From the sequence record NC_061448.1: a DNA stretch of 64,000 bases; one strand, 5' to 3'. This document shows positions 16,847 to 24,895 of this stretch, piece after piece. The translations under genes and the position numbers were made by a program. The first letter of the stretch is position 1. Each line of letters begins with the position of its first letter. The notes under the pieces were generated by a model that ran no database searches, was not told where the DNA came from, and saw nothing but the letters and a program-made list of their open reading frames with translations.

Positions 16847-19800
16847 TTACTGGTAACGCACAGTGATAACAGAGGAACCGAACGCTCGCGCATTGGTACG
16901 ATAGATCAAGACGTTTTCTGTCAGGTTATCATACACAATCTTGCCAACGATAGGACCCTTCTTACCGTTATCGCCAGTGACAGGCCACTGAGCACCATCA
17001 AACCCAAGCCACCCTTTGTTCACTGTCCCCGAACTGTCTGCGGCTGCTGCGAACACAGCATTACCGTATGACTGTCTGACAACGAAGTAACCGTACTCGT
17101 CTTGTTTTGTAGACAACACGAACTGGCCACCTGTCTTAGAACGTAAACGTGTCGGCAACTGAGCAAGTGCAATACTCACACCAGTGATACCGAAAGGTGC
17201 AACACCGAATCGCGGATAAGATGACATGGCTTTCATGAAGTGCGTCTGCGTAAGCGTCTGCTGTCCTTCACTGTAGATTGCCTTAACACCAAAGTCCGTG
17301 TCGTTAAGCAACAGGCCGATAGTCAGTCGTCCCGTCTGAGCATTGATAGAGATGCCTTGCACGTCTACCACATCGCCCTTACTGTTCGTAATCTGCCACA
17401 GGCACTTAGCGCTCACATCATCTTTCACGAACGTACCGGTACGACCGAGCAATGCGTTCATCTGCATTGAACTATCGTCACGCACATTCGTGTAGCCACC
17501 AACTGTCAGGTCTTGTGGGAAACCAATGCCTGGGCATGTGATCTCTTGTACGAGACTGATAGTGGTGCGCTGCTCGGTGATGATACATTCAACCTTAACT
17601 TTCTGCGGGTCTTTCGATGCAGGGAAACGGAACGTACCATCTTGTGCAAGCGTGAACCCACTGACAGATTCAATCACGTTCCACTGGAACTTCACGCTGT
17701 TCGCATCAGGCAAGCGGCTTGAACCAGTTGCACCAGAGCGTCGTGTGTAGAATGCAGTGAAGCGGTAATCAGTGTTAGGGCTGATATTGCCGGGAGGGTT
17801 TTCGATATACCCGTTAAGAATCGTGTTCTGCGTCTGGAGCTGAATCGTGCGCGTACCGATAATTGTTTCATCAGCAAGCGACTGCGGATTCTGCTTGGTG
17901 AACACAGCACGAAGGTTAATAACGCCGTCAGACAACTGAGTCTGTCCGATAAACAGATGACCATTCAGAGGATTGACAGACACACCATCAACGTTAGTCT
18001 CGTCACCGATAGACCAGATAGCGTCAGTCGTCGTGAGTTCTGAATCAGGGTCGATGATAACACGCAGACCATAAGGCACGTACCAGCGTCCGTTCTCATA
18101 ACCGATAGTCGGGTTACGATCAGATACATCCCACACAACGTCAGGACCAGTGATGCCAATCTGACGGAGATACGTGTTTGCCTGAACAAGATAGACAAGC
18201 AACGTCTTCTCAATCTGATACTGGTCGCACGTATAGCGAGCGCGAATCAACACAGCACCGTTAACGTTCTGGCTCGGTGTGAGTGAACCCTCAGCATCAA
18301 TCTCGGCCACTATGTCTGTAGTAGGCACAAGCATCTGCGTATTGTTCGGACCCGGCTGCACGTAATAGTTCTGCACCACTAGCCACTCTGAATCGACTTC
18401 GAGGTCAAACGTCTTCGGCGTTTCCTCAGCATACGAACCGTCCAGAGTACGCATCACGCCACCAGTCTTATACGTGTTGACCAGAGTGTATGACTCGGAC
18501 AGCACATCAGCACTGATTTGCGTTGCACCTTCGATACGGCTGTTAATGATGTTGTTGATACTCTGCTTAGGCTGCGGAGCTACCGTCACGTCAATCTTAT
18601 TGCTCACTCGGAAGAATGAAGCGATAACCTGCGTAGCGGTACTGTAGTCATACTTGCTCTTGCCTGTTTGCAGAATAGCACCATCATAGTATGCTTTGTT
18701 CAGGTCTGCGATACTACCGATAGCATTGAACATCGGCAGCTTACTGACCTTCATCGCACGGAAGTCTTTGTAATCAGTCGGTGTGCGGCCTTCAACGATT
18801 TCAACAACCGCCATGCCACTGTATCGACCCGGCGAGAACTGGAGGAACTTGTACTCGTCTTCGTCTTTCTCAGGCCAGTTGCCAACCCATTCAGCAGCAG
18901 TCACATACTCCTGTGTACCATCGACATAAGTTGCAAGCAGACGGACGAACGTGCGTGACTTCTCGTACAGCAAGTCAGGACATTCGATAGTGATACTGTC
19001 CACCAGCGAGCGCGTAGGTATCAGTTGCAGGTCACGATAGTTAGTGAGATGCGTACCTTCGAACTCATATTCCATGCTGATACGCGCAGAGCCGTGCAGG
19101 TCACCCTGATAGTAGAGCACATACTCTTTCACACTGCGTCCCATGATTGGGTCATACACAGTGTTGTTGCTCAGGCTAACAGTCAGCGTTACCCAGCGAG
19201 CGTAATCAGGATGATCAGGGTCAAACTGACTTGGGTCCTGCCCTTGTTCGACTGCTTGTTGCTGCAATCGAATTGTACGCTGTCTCGCTTCTTCAATAGC
19301 AGACGCAGACGGAACGTACTCAACCTTAACAGCAGCCGCAGCAGCATAAGACAGGCCGTTGTTCCACAGGCAGACTACAGGCAGCATCAGCGTACTACCG
19401 CTACTGATAGTCGGAGAGGAACGCAGGTCAACTGACTTAGGAATCATAATCGTGTCGTTAACGAGAATGATTCGGTTGAACGTTACGGTAGAGCTACCAT
19501 CAATGAACGTGAAGTTCAGCGCATACTTCATCGCATCGCCGCTAACGAGAGGAGCTTCGAACTCACCTGTCTGCGTATCGACACGAGGGATAGCATTGAC
19601 CGCTGTTGCTTTGTCTTCGCTACTGAACCAGATGCCAAACACTTCGGTGTAAGCAACCACGATCGAAGGGTCACGCGCATTAATCTGGGCTTGAGTAGCA
19701 GACGCCAGCACGTAGAGTGCCATTGCTTTCGGTCGGATAATGTCGCGCTCAACCACAGTCTCAGGCACAACGAGGTCAATCGTTGCCAGCTTAATGTCAG

Positions 19801-21382
19801 GCGCTTTCAGCACAACCTGTTTGACTGCTTCGATAGGTGTGACTTCACCGAACACAGCATACACAGAAGTCAGATAGTCAGTGCGCATGACCTTAGACTT
19901 CAACACGTTCTCAACTATCTCGGTGTGCTCGCTGGTGGTACGTGCTTGCGCAGTGCCCAGCTTCGACGTTCCATCGTTGTATGTCACAGCATACTTGATA
20001 GAGACTTCTTCACCCTGAGGGATTTCGTCATCGAGGATGATGCGCAGTTCGGTCGGCACCAAGTCTTTGACGCTGCGATTAACATCAAACTCCTGCGTCT
20101 TGGACATATCGAACTGTCCTTGGAACGCAACGCTAATGTCAACCTTAGAGTCTGCATCAACGCTAGGCAGATTGAGTGTCGTACCGTTGAACGTACCGAG
20201 AGTTGCAGACAGCGCAATCATGCCGCTATCGGTCAGCTCTTTCATCGAACCGGTAGACAGGTACTTACCGTACACTCGGACTTTAGCACTCGCATTGCCA
20301 TACAGCGTAGGGCATTCGATTAACAGTTCGTCAGGGTCAGGCTCAACACCCATAGGATAGATGCGCGACTCAAGGGCCTGCTGAGTGCCATTGTAGCTGA
20401 GAGTCAGGTTGATAACAGAGATCGCAAGCGGTTCGTTGAAGCGCACTGCGTTACCGTCACGCTCTGCAATCCACGTAGAGTCTTCTACCCACACTTCGAC
20501 AGTCTGCTCGGTATTGTCGCTGTATTGGATGACAGCACCGAACGTTGTCCACTCACCGCCACGAATGAACTCAGGCTGAATGAACGCGATAGACTTCTGC
20601 AAAGGCGCACCGACCATGAAGCGTCGAACAGGCTCAACAACAACGTGCGCACCGAGATACAGTTTAGCACTCAGGTTGATTGCGGCATACACGCCCTCTA
20701 ATACTTCTTCGATAGGCGCCCACTGATAGAACAGGTCAGCAATGCGACGATAGAACATTGCAGAACGCGCAGTGTATTGCTGGACGTCGTTGTTGACAGG
20801 CTCGAAGCCGATGTGGTTGTTGAACCAATCTTCTGCCTCTTGCTGTGTCATGCCTACTTCTTGCAGCGCATTAACAACGTCTTTCTCTGCGTCTTTCGTG
20901 ATCGTTAAATCGAGGCCACCATCAATCAGTTGCGCGTCAACTTCGAGGTTAACCTTGTTCGTTTTGTACCACGTACCACCGTCTTGAATCAGAGTACCGA
21001 GCGGTGTAGGCACGAACGTTTGATAGTCAGCAGTGTACAGGCGAGAAGCATCGAACTGCCCACCTAACAACAAGCCCACGAACTTAGGCCACTGAGTTGT
21101 ACCAGATACTTGCTGCCAGTCAGGTAAGCAGTCGATAACACGTTTCAATGAGGGCAAACGATATTGCATCAGGTCGCGCGTGATGTTGATACCGAGCTGG
21201 CGAATACTCGCCTCAGCCAGCTCGTCGTTTGTGTCTGCATTGATGCGACGAAGATTCAACAGTTGCTCAATCACTGTGAGGTTCTGTTCGTCGTTGTGTC
21301 CATCGAGCATCTCGAACAACTCTGCCCATGCCGGGTTGGCTTCAACGAAGTCAATGTTAAAGGCTAGAGTGTTTGATTTCAC
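16847..21382 (-). CDS. Large baseplate wedge protein (gp7/gpI-like N-terminus plus Ig-like repeats; 1511 aa)
   Basis: Follows the gp6-like gene; N-terminal helical wedge domain; repeated I.GP..V....S..Y/F.A...Y.DG Ig-like units. Confidence 0.65.
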   Translation of the reverse strand: MKSNTLAFNIDFVEANPAWAELFEMLDGHNDEQNLTVIEQLLNLRRINADTNDELAEASIRQLGINITRDLMQYRLPSLKRVIDCLPDWQQVSGTTQWPKFVGLLLGGQFDASRLYTADYQTFVPTPLGTLIQDGGTWYKTNKVNLEVDAQLIDGGLDLTITKDAEKDVVNALQEVGMTQQEAEDWFNNHIGFEPVNNDVQQYTARSAMFYRRIADLFYQWAPIEEVLEGVYAAINLSAKLYLGAHVVVEPVRRFMVGAPLQKSIAFIQPEFIRGGEWTTFGAVIQYSDNTEQTVEVWVEDSTWIAERDGNAVRFNEPLAISVINLTLSYNGTQQALESRIYPMGVEPDPDELLIECPTLYGNASAKVRVYGKYLSTGSMKELTDSGMIALSATLGTFNGTTLNLPSVDADSKVDISVAFQGQFDMSKTQEFDVNRSVKDLVPTELRIILDDEIPQGEEVSIKYAVTYNDGTSKLGTAQARTTSEHTEIVENVLKSKVMRTDYLTSVYAVFGEVTPIEAVKQVVLKAPDIKLATIDLVVPETVVERDIIRPKAMALYVLASATQAQINARDPSIVVAYTEVFGIWFSSEDKATAVNAIPRVDTQTGEFEAPLVSGDAMKYALNFTFIDGSSTVTFNRIILVNDTIMIPKSVDLRSSPTISSGSTLMLPVVCLWNNGLSYAAAAAVKVEYVPSASAIEEARQRTIRLQQQAVEQGQDPSQFDPDHPDYARWVTLTVSLSNNTVYDPIMGRSVKEYVLYYQGDLHGSARISMEYEFEGTHLTNYRDLQLIPTRSLVDSITIECPDLLYEKSRTFVRLLATYVDGTQEYVTAAEWVGNWPEKDEDEYKFLQFSPGRYSGMAVVEIVEGRTPTDYKDFRAMKVSKLPMFNAIGSIADLNKAYYDGAILQTGKSKYDYSTATQVIASFFRVSNKIDVTVAPQPKQSINNIINSRIEGATQISADVLSESYTLVNTYKTGGVMRTLDGSYAEETPKTFDLEVDSEWLVVQNYYVQPGPNNTQMLVPTTDIVAEIDAEGSLTPSQNVNGAVLIRARYTCDQYQIEKTLLVYLVQANTYLRQIGITGPDVVWDVSDRNPTIGYENGRWYVPYGLRVIIDPDSELTTTDAIWSIGDETNVDGVSVNPLNGHLFIGQTQLSDGVINLRAVFTKQNPQSLADETIIGTRTIQLQTQNTILNGYIENPPGNISPNTDYRFTAFYTRRSGATGSSRLPDANSVKFQWNVIESVSGFTLAQDGTFRFPASKDPQKVKVECIITEQRTTISLVQEITCPGIGFPQDLTVGGYTNVRDDSSMQMNALLGRTGTFVKDDVSAKCLWQITNSKGDVVDVQGISINAQTGRLTIGLLLNDTDFGVKAIYSEGQQTLTQTHFMKAMSSYPRFGVAPFGITGVSIALAQLPTRLRSKTGGQFVLSTKQDEYGYFVVRQSYGNAVFAAAADSSGTVNKGWLGFDGAQWPVTGDNGKKGPIVGKIVYDNLTENVLIYRTNARAFGSSVITVRYQ

Positions 21383-22842
21383 TGGTTCATTTTCCTTTCG
21401 CTATACAGAATGTTGATGCGAAGGTTACGCAGTGCAACGTATTCGAGTACCGTGTTCGGGATGATATCCTGCACAGGGCTTTCGATGTTGCAGTAGTCTA
21501 CTTCTGGTCTGCGTACAGGCTGATCAGGGTCAATCCAGTCGTACAACACACGGTCTGTAATGTCAGACAGCGCAAGACGTTTGCCCAGCAGTCCCGGACG
21601 ACGCTCAAACAGTTTAAGCACGGACTGTTCGAGGGTAGCCTTGTTCGAGTCACGATCACCAGGCGCGTCAGCATACAGAGACACGTTCAGCGTACAGTCA
21701 ATCTGTAGCTTGTCTGGGTTCCACGATTGAACATCGAGCGGGCTATTGAACTGAGCAAGCCAGTTAAGGAACTTAGTCCATTGCGCAGAAGAAGGGTTAG
21801 GGTTGATGCCTCCCCACGTGCTTGTGTTACGAGGCAACACAGCAACACGCACAACGCCCTGCCACTCTTTATCGTTCGGTGCAATCTCTGCCTGACCCTG
21901 AACAACAACGTCAGCAACGTCAGGATAGAGCGCGATAGCAGCTTTCCATTCGTCACGGCGAATCAGTTTCTTACGACTGCGGCCGACGATAGGACTGTAG
22001 TTGCGGTAGTAGTCAACAGGCGTTTCATCAGAACCGCCAAGCGCAGCGCTCACTGTCTTGCCTTGAAGCTGAGGGTTAGACAGGCACTGCACTTTCAGAC
22101 CGATACTGTCCGTGTTACCGCTTGCGCCTAAAGACTTAATGCCCTGCACACGCAGCGTATAACCTGCTGGTGGCTGTGCTCCCCACTGTTCGCCACCGAA
22201 CTGAATCTCAACGTCACCATCATCAGTTGTCACGTCGAGGAAGATTTGCTGATCAGCATACGCCTCAAACAGACACTTGGTGAAACGCTGGAACTCAATC
22301 TTCGTGCCGGTAGGATGCTCGAACCACACACGCAGATCATCAGTCAGTTGGAAGTTCTGTGTGCCGAGCTTAATCGACATGTAATCGACAGTGTTCGGTA
22401 CAATCTGACTGAACGTAAACACTTCACCAATGATGAAGTCCACGTTCTTCACTTCACCTGGTTCCCACTGAGTTACTTCTGCAAGCAACGCATTGAAGTT
22501 ACCGATAGTGAAAGGCGTGTGCTTATCGTATGACTGTTTCACCGACGTCAGATTAGCAACGGATGCAGTCACGGTTGATACTGACTTACGTCCGATATCG
22601 ACGCCCAAGTAACGAGCGTTAGCGAGCACTGAGGTGTTGCGTCGTGCGAGGCGACTGAATGCCTCACGCGCTGCAATCAAAGACGCATAGGCGTTCGTCA
22701 CACCGAGGTCACCGAGTGCATCAGCAAGCAATGCAGTCAAGGAGCTGACCTGTGCGTCTGTCCAGTAGCTGGACTTGTTAATACGATTCAGGAAGTCTTG
22801 TGCAAACTCCTCATGAGTCGTGTATGTGTTTAGCATGGACAT
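21379..22842 (-). CDS. Baseplate wedge protein, T4 gp6 / baseplate J-like (487 aa)
   Basis: AREAF..LARR.TSV...ARYLG and GGSDETPVDYYR motifs; directly downstream of the gp25-like gene. Confidence 0.85.
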   Translation of the reverse strand: MSMLNTYTTHEEFAQDFLNRINKSSYWTDAQVSSLTALLADALGDLGVTNAYASLIAAREAFSRLARRNTSVLANARYLGVDIGRKSVSTVTASVANLTSVKQSYDKHTPFTIGNFNALLAEVTQWEPGEVKNVDFIIGEVFTFSQIVPNTVDYMSIKLGTQNFQLTDDLRVWFEHPTGTKIEFQRFTKCLFEAYADQQIFLDVTTDDGDVEIQFGGEQWGAQPPAGYTLRVQGIKSLGASGNTDSIGLKVQCLSNPQLQGKTVSAALGGSDETPVDYYRNYSPIVGRSRKKLIRRDEWKAAIALYPDVADVVVQGQAEIAPNDKEWQGVVRVAVLPRNTSTWGGINPNPSSAQWTKFLNWLAQFNSPLDVQSWNPDKLQIDCTLNVSLYADAPGDRDSNKATLEQSVLKLFERRPGLLGKRLALSDITDRVLYDWIDPDQPVRRPEVDYCNIESPVQDIIPNTVLEYVALRNLRINILYSERKMNQ

Positions 22843-22843
22843 G

Positions 22844-23266
22844 TTATTGGCCCTTCATTGCAAACGTAATAGATTGTTTGTCTTCGAGCTTAGGACAGCG
22901 CCATGTGACTACGCACACGTAGGTCTGTTCGAATTGATCGCTCGCTGTACACGCTGTTTGCACGTTCGTTACGTCTTGCGTCAGACCGTTGTTAACGTCT
23001 TCAAGGGCGAGGCGCATGTACGTTGCAATCCAGTCAGCGGTAGTCTGGTCAAACGGTTCAAATAGATATTGATATACGTCTGCACCGAAGTTCTCGCGCC
23101 ACTTACGTGACTTCTTGCGAGTACCGATTACCATCAGAATCTTCTGGACGATGCTGTCCATGTTCTGCACGTTATCACGCGGTTCGAGTTGAATCCACGC
23201 GTTAATATCACAATAGATGCGCTCACTAATGGGCACGTCTATCAGTCGAATCCCGATTCCTGCCAT
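22844..23266 (-). CDS. Baseplate wedge / sheath initiator, gp25-like (140 aa)
   Basis: SIVQKILMVIGT....RKWRENFGADVYQYLFEPFD is a typical GPW/gp25 pattern. Confidence 0.85.
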   Translation of the reverse strand: MAGIGIRLIDVPISERIYCDINAWIQLEPRDNVQNMDSIVQKILMVIGTRKKSRKWRENFGADVYQYLFEPFDQTTADWIATYMRLALEDVNNGLTQDVTNVQTACTASDQFEQTYVCVVTWRCPKLEDKQSITFAMKGQ

Positions 23267-23556
23267 TAGCCAAATCTCACGTTAGAACTTCCGTTCGATG
23301 CAGTATCACCGCAACTGTTTGCATCACCTGCGCGTTGAGCAGGCTTGCCATTGACACGCACACTTGAGCTTGAAGTAGCAACACCTGTATGAGGCGGCTT
23401 CTTGGGTTTCCAGTGTGGTCGATACTTGTCGCCAGCGCGAACACTTCCTTTGCCATTCACGAGCACATTAGACGAGGCTTGTGCCGGAACAACAGGGAAG
23501 TAACCACTGTGACCAGTAGACAGGTCAGTGCCTAAACGAATAGCTTTCTGTCCCAT
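23266..23556 (-). CDS. PAAR-repeat spike tip protein (gp5.4-like, 96 aa; start revised to MGQK)
   Basis: AIRLGTD.STGH, NVLVNGKGSVRAGD, VRVNGKPAQRAGD..SCGD; AGAGGAG RBS. Confidence 0.9.
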   Translation of the reverse strand: MGQKAIRLGTDLSTGHSGYFPVVPAQASSNVLVNGKGSVRAGDKYRPHWKPKKPPHTGVATSSSSVRVNGKPAQRAGDANSCGDTASNGSSNVRFG

Positions 23557-23578
23557 GTTATTCTCCTCTGTTAGGCAC

Positions 23579-23586
23579 AAATTAGC
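23579..23586 (-). promoter_or_regulatory. Candidate late promoter motif GCTAATTT
   Basis: Between a terminator and the PAAR start (23 nt upstream). Confidence 0.65.
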
Positions 23587-23598
23587 TTGTTACGCAGT

Positions 23599-23636
23599 AG
23601 AAACGGAAACGGGCGACCCGAAGGCCACCCGTTTCC
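23599..23636 (-). terminator. Intrinsic terminator with C(UUCG)G loop
   Basis: Minus strand GGAAACGGG-UGGC-CUUCGG-GUCG-CCCGUUUCC then GUUUCU. Confidence 0.7.
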
Positions 23637-23663
23637 TATGCTTGGATTTTGTCGCTTACTCCC

Positions 23664-23822
23664 TCACACCCGAAGCGAGTGCCCGTCAGCCTTCGCTGTT
23701 GAGCCGGAGTGAATGACCGAGAGTGAAGCCGCATTCCACGGCAACTGAAAGTGACTCTCGGACCATGATAGCAAGTGACCAAGCATCACGATTGCTATCA
23801 GCGACACATAGAACAAAAGCAT
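23664..23822 (-). CDS. Unannotated 52-aa small membrane peptide MLLFYVSLIAIVMLGHLLSWSESHFQLPWNAASLSVIHSGSTAKADGHSLRV
   Basis: AAGGAG 5 nt before the ATG, hydrophobic N-terminal segment of about 19 aa, terminator follows; below the 60-aa ORF-track cutoff. Confidence 0.55.
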   Translation of the reverse strand: MLLFYVSLIAIVMLGHLLSWSESHFQLPWNAASLSVIHSGSTAKADGHSLRV

Positions 23823-24895
23823 GTTTGCTCCTTGTGTCTCTACTGTAAGTAAAACATTTGCAAATGTCGATCAAGTTACTTCAAGTTGCCCTTCGCCCGA
23901 CTTCACTAGGGTTTCAACTCTCTTTCTCTCTTTACCGCCTGGGTTGCGGTCGAACCGCACACAAGAGCAACGCTGCAACGATACGTGGGCGGGAAAACAC
24001 GTATCGCATTCACATCACTCCAGCGAAGGAGGTGGCCCATCGGTGATCTGCGGTGGTTGATACACTCTTTAACAATCGCTCTTGTTGTGCATTAGATCGT
24101 GGTAGGAACGCGATTGACCGCTAACAAGTCCTATACGATATTTCACTACCCGGAAAAGTGGGTTTTGCTATGGCAGCACGTCAACGGCAGCATGGCGCGG
24201 ACACACTCCATTGAACATTGTTAAGGGCAATGCTCAACAGGCTGTGAACAGCTTTGACCAAATGCAGAGTCGCTCGTCGCCCAACATCACTTGAGTATCT
24301 CGTCTGCATTCTTTTACTCCCTGAATACCGTGAAAAGGCACGGCACCCATGAGGGTCTGCGGATGTTTATCACATTAAGACTCTTGCAGTTCAATCCTGT
24401 ACGCAGTGTGTTGAGTCGTCCGCTGGATGACACACTACATACCCTCACCGTGTTGTACATCGGTAGGAAAGAGCTGGTGGAAAGTTGTCATGAAGACTGC
24501 GCGCCTGGAGGCTTGCCACTCTTCCCAATGCACACTAGTGCCAGCTAATGTACATCAGGCAGCGTAGGCTGCGATATTGCTATCCCTGAAAGATTGGTCA
24601 CAGCGTTGAGACTTCGCTCCACCAATCTACGTGCCTAGAGGCAATTGCCGTGCGTATGTCTGAAAAGAATGTAAAACACTGGGCCTTGTGAGCGTCAGCA
24701 GCAGAGCAACGGTCTATCACGTGGGTGCCGGGGTTGTCCTCACGATTACAGAGCATAAGCTCAAACCGGCTGGAGGCTCACATGCCGCCAAGAAATACAG
24801 CGCGTGAGTTTGATGGACCAGCAAGATGCCACCCGCGAAGAAAGCATCTTACCGCAACAGTTAGATATTACTATCTGCAATTTTTATTTACAGAT
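23823..24895. ncRNA. Candidate large structured non-coding RNA or very long structured leader (about 1.07 kb)
   Basis: No credible ORF of 60 aa or more in an otherwise wall-to-wall coding window; more than a dozen hairpins plus nested long-range helices; strand evidence is mixed. Confidence 0.5.
24181..24309 (-). CDS. Possible 42-aa small ORF MQTRYSSDVGRRATLHLVKAVHSLLSIALNNVQWSVSAPCCR
   Basis: GGGAG 7 nt before the ATG; the ATG lies in an 8-bp helix; may be fortuitous within the structured RNA. Confidence 0.25.
   Translation of the reverse strand: MQTRYSSDVGRRATLHLVKAVHSLLSIALNNVQWSVSAPCCR

Noticed and set aside
23701-23742. GAGCCG...CGGC resembling group II intron domain V
   Set aside because: Stem lengths and bulge do not fit domain V, there is no domain VI or GUGCG boundary, and no interrupted gene flanks it.
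23885-23915. Minus-strand GAAGTCGGGC resembling RNase P RNA conserved region I
   Set aside because: Only a partial match to GAGGAAAGUCC, and no conserved region V partner was seen.
24114-24142. Plus-strand sigma70 promoter TTGACC-N17-GATATT for an antisense RNA
   Set aside because: The -10 lacks the first T and the better hexamer TACGAT has only a 14-nt spacer; too weak to call.
24617-24624. CTCCACCA resembling a tmRNA or tRNA-Ala 3' end
   Set aside because: No canonical T-arm precedes it, no matching GGGGC/GGAGC 5' strand was found, and it is paired in the 24591-24628 hairpin.
23823-24895. CRISPR array or true tRNA genes in the gap
   Set aside because: No regularly spaced direct repeats and no complete cloverleaf with an anticodon arm were found on either strand.
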